Assembly (NCBI RefSeq): GCF_964355755.1
Contig: NC_092680.1
Location: forward strand, 12,214,001-12,278,000
DNA from: Antedon mediterranea
Taxonomy: Eukaryota > Animalia > Echinodermata
Reading direction: 5' to 3'
DNA length: 64,000 bases
Part shown: one piece after another, positions 63,406-64,000 of the stretch
Position numbering within the stretch: position 1 is the stretch's first letter
Layout: the number at the start of each line of letters is the position of its first letter
The notes under the pieces: generated by a model
The model's database searches: none
The model's input: only the letters and a program-made list of their open reading frames with translations
Told to the model about the DNA's origin: nothing
Made by a program: the position numbers and the translations under genes

Positions 63406-64000
63406 GAGGAGAGAGAGAGAGATCAGCGAGAGAGATAGATCAGCGAGAGAGAGATAGATCAGCGAGAGAGATATAGATAGATCAGCGAGAGAGAGATAGA
63501 TCAGCGAGAGAGATATAGATCAGCGAGAGAGAGATAGATCAGCAAGAGAGAGATAAATCAGCGAGAGAGAGAGAGAGATAGATCAGCGAGAGGGAGAGAT
63601 AGATCAGCGAGAGAGAGATAGATCAGCGAGAGAGAGAGAGATAGATCAGCGAGAGGGAGAGATAGATCAGCAAGAGAGAGATAGATCAGCGAGAGAGAGA
63701 TAGATCAGCGAGAGAGAGATAGACCAGCGAGAGAGAGATAGATCAGCGAGATAGAGAGATAGATCAGCGAGAGAGATAGATCAGCGAGAGAGAGATAGAT
63801 CAGCGAGAGGGAGAGATAGATCAGCGAGAGAGATATAGATCAGCGAGAGAGAGATAGATCAGCGAGAGAGATATAAATCAGCGAGAGAGAGATAGATCAG
63901 CGAGAGAGAGATAGATCAGTGAGAGAGAGAAAGATCAGCGAGAGAGAGATAGATCAGTGAGAGAGAGATAGATCAGCGAGAGAGAGATAGATTAGCGAGA
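63406..64000. repeat. GATCAGC(GA)n satellite resumes and runs off the window
   Basis: Same unit and orientation as 1227-32026. Confidence 0.97.

Overview
AT-rich, intron-containing eukaryotic (probably invertebrate animal) heterochromatin-like DNA with no prokaryotic features. Layout: (1) a 584-bp solo LTR at 468-1051; (2) a ~23-kb (GA)n-derived satellite (modal unit GATCAGCGAGAGAGAGATA, 19 bp) built by nested kb-scale duplications; (3) a young full-length LTR retrotransposon (24439-31891, minus strand, 1295-bp LTRs, 5-bp TSD, tRNA-Pro PBS) with Gypsy-type enzymes in the Gmr1-like order PR-IN-RT-RH; (4) a ~31.4-kb block (32027-63404) bounded by short imperfect inverted termini GAGCGCACA(A)TGCAA...TTGCATGTGCGCTC, with the same satellite on both sides. 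Block 4 carries a multi-exon zinc-finger/tyrosine-recombinase-like gene, separate YR catalytic-core-like exons, the C-terminal exons of what resembles a DUF6729/Dada-type transposase, intronic tRNA-derived tandem arrays, two further satellites, LINE/Gypsy relics, a TA-TSD MITE and a 3.1-kb foldback element. The best candidate for an undescribed system is block 4: a possibly satellite-targeting giant DNA transposon combining DDE-transposase and YR genes. All family assignments come from motif recall, not database searches, and exon models were read by hand.
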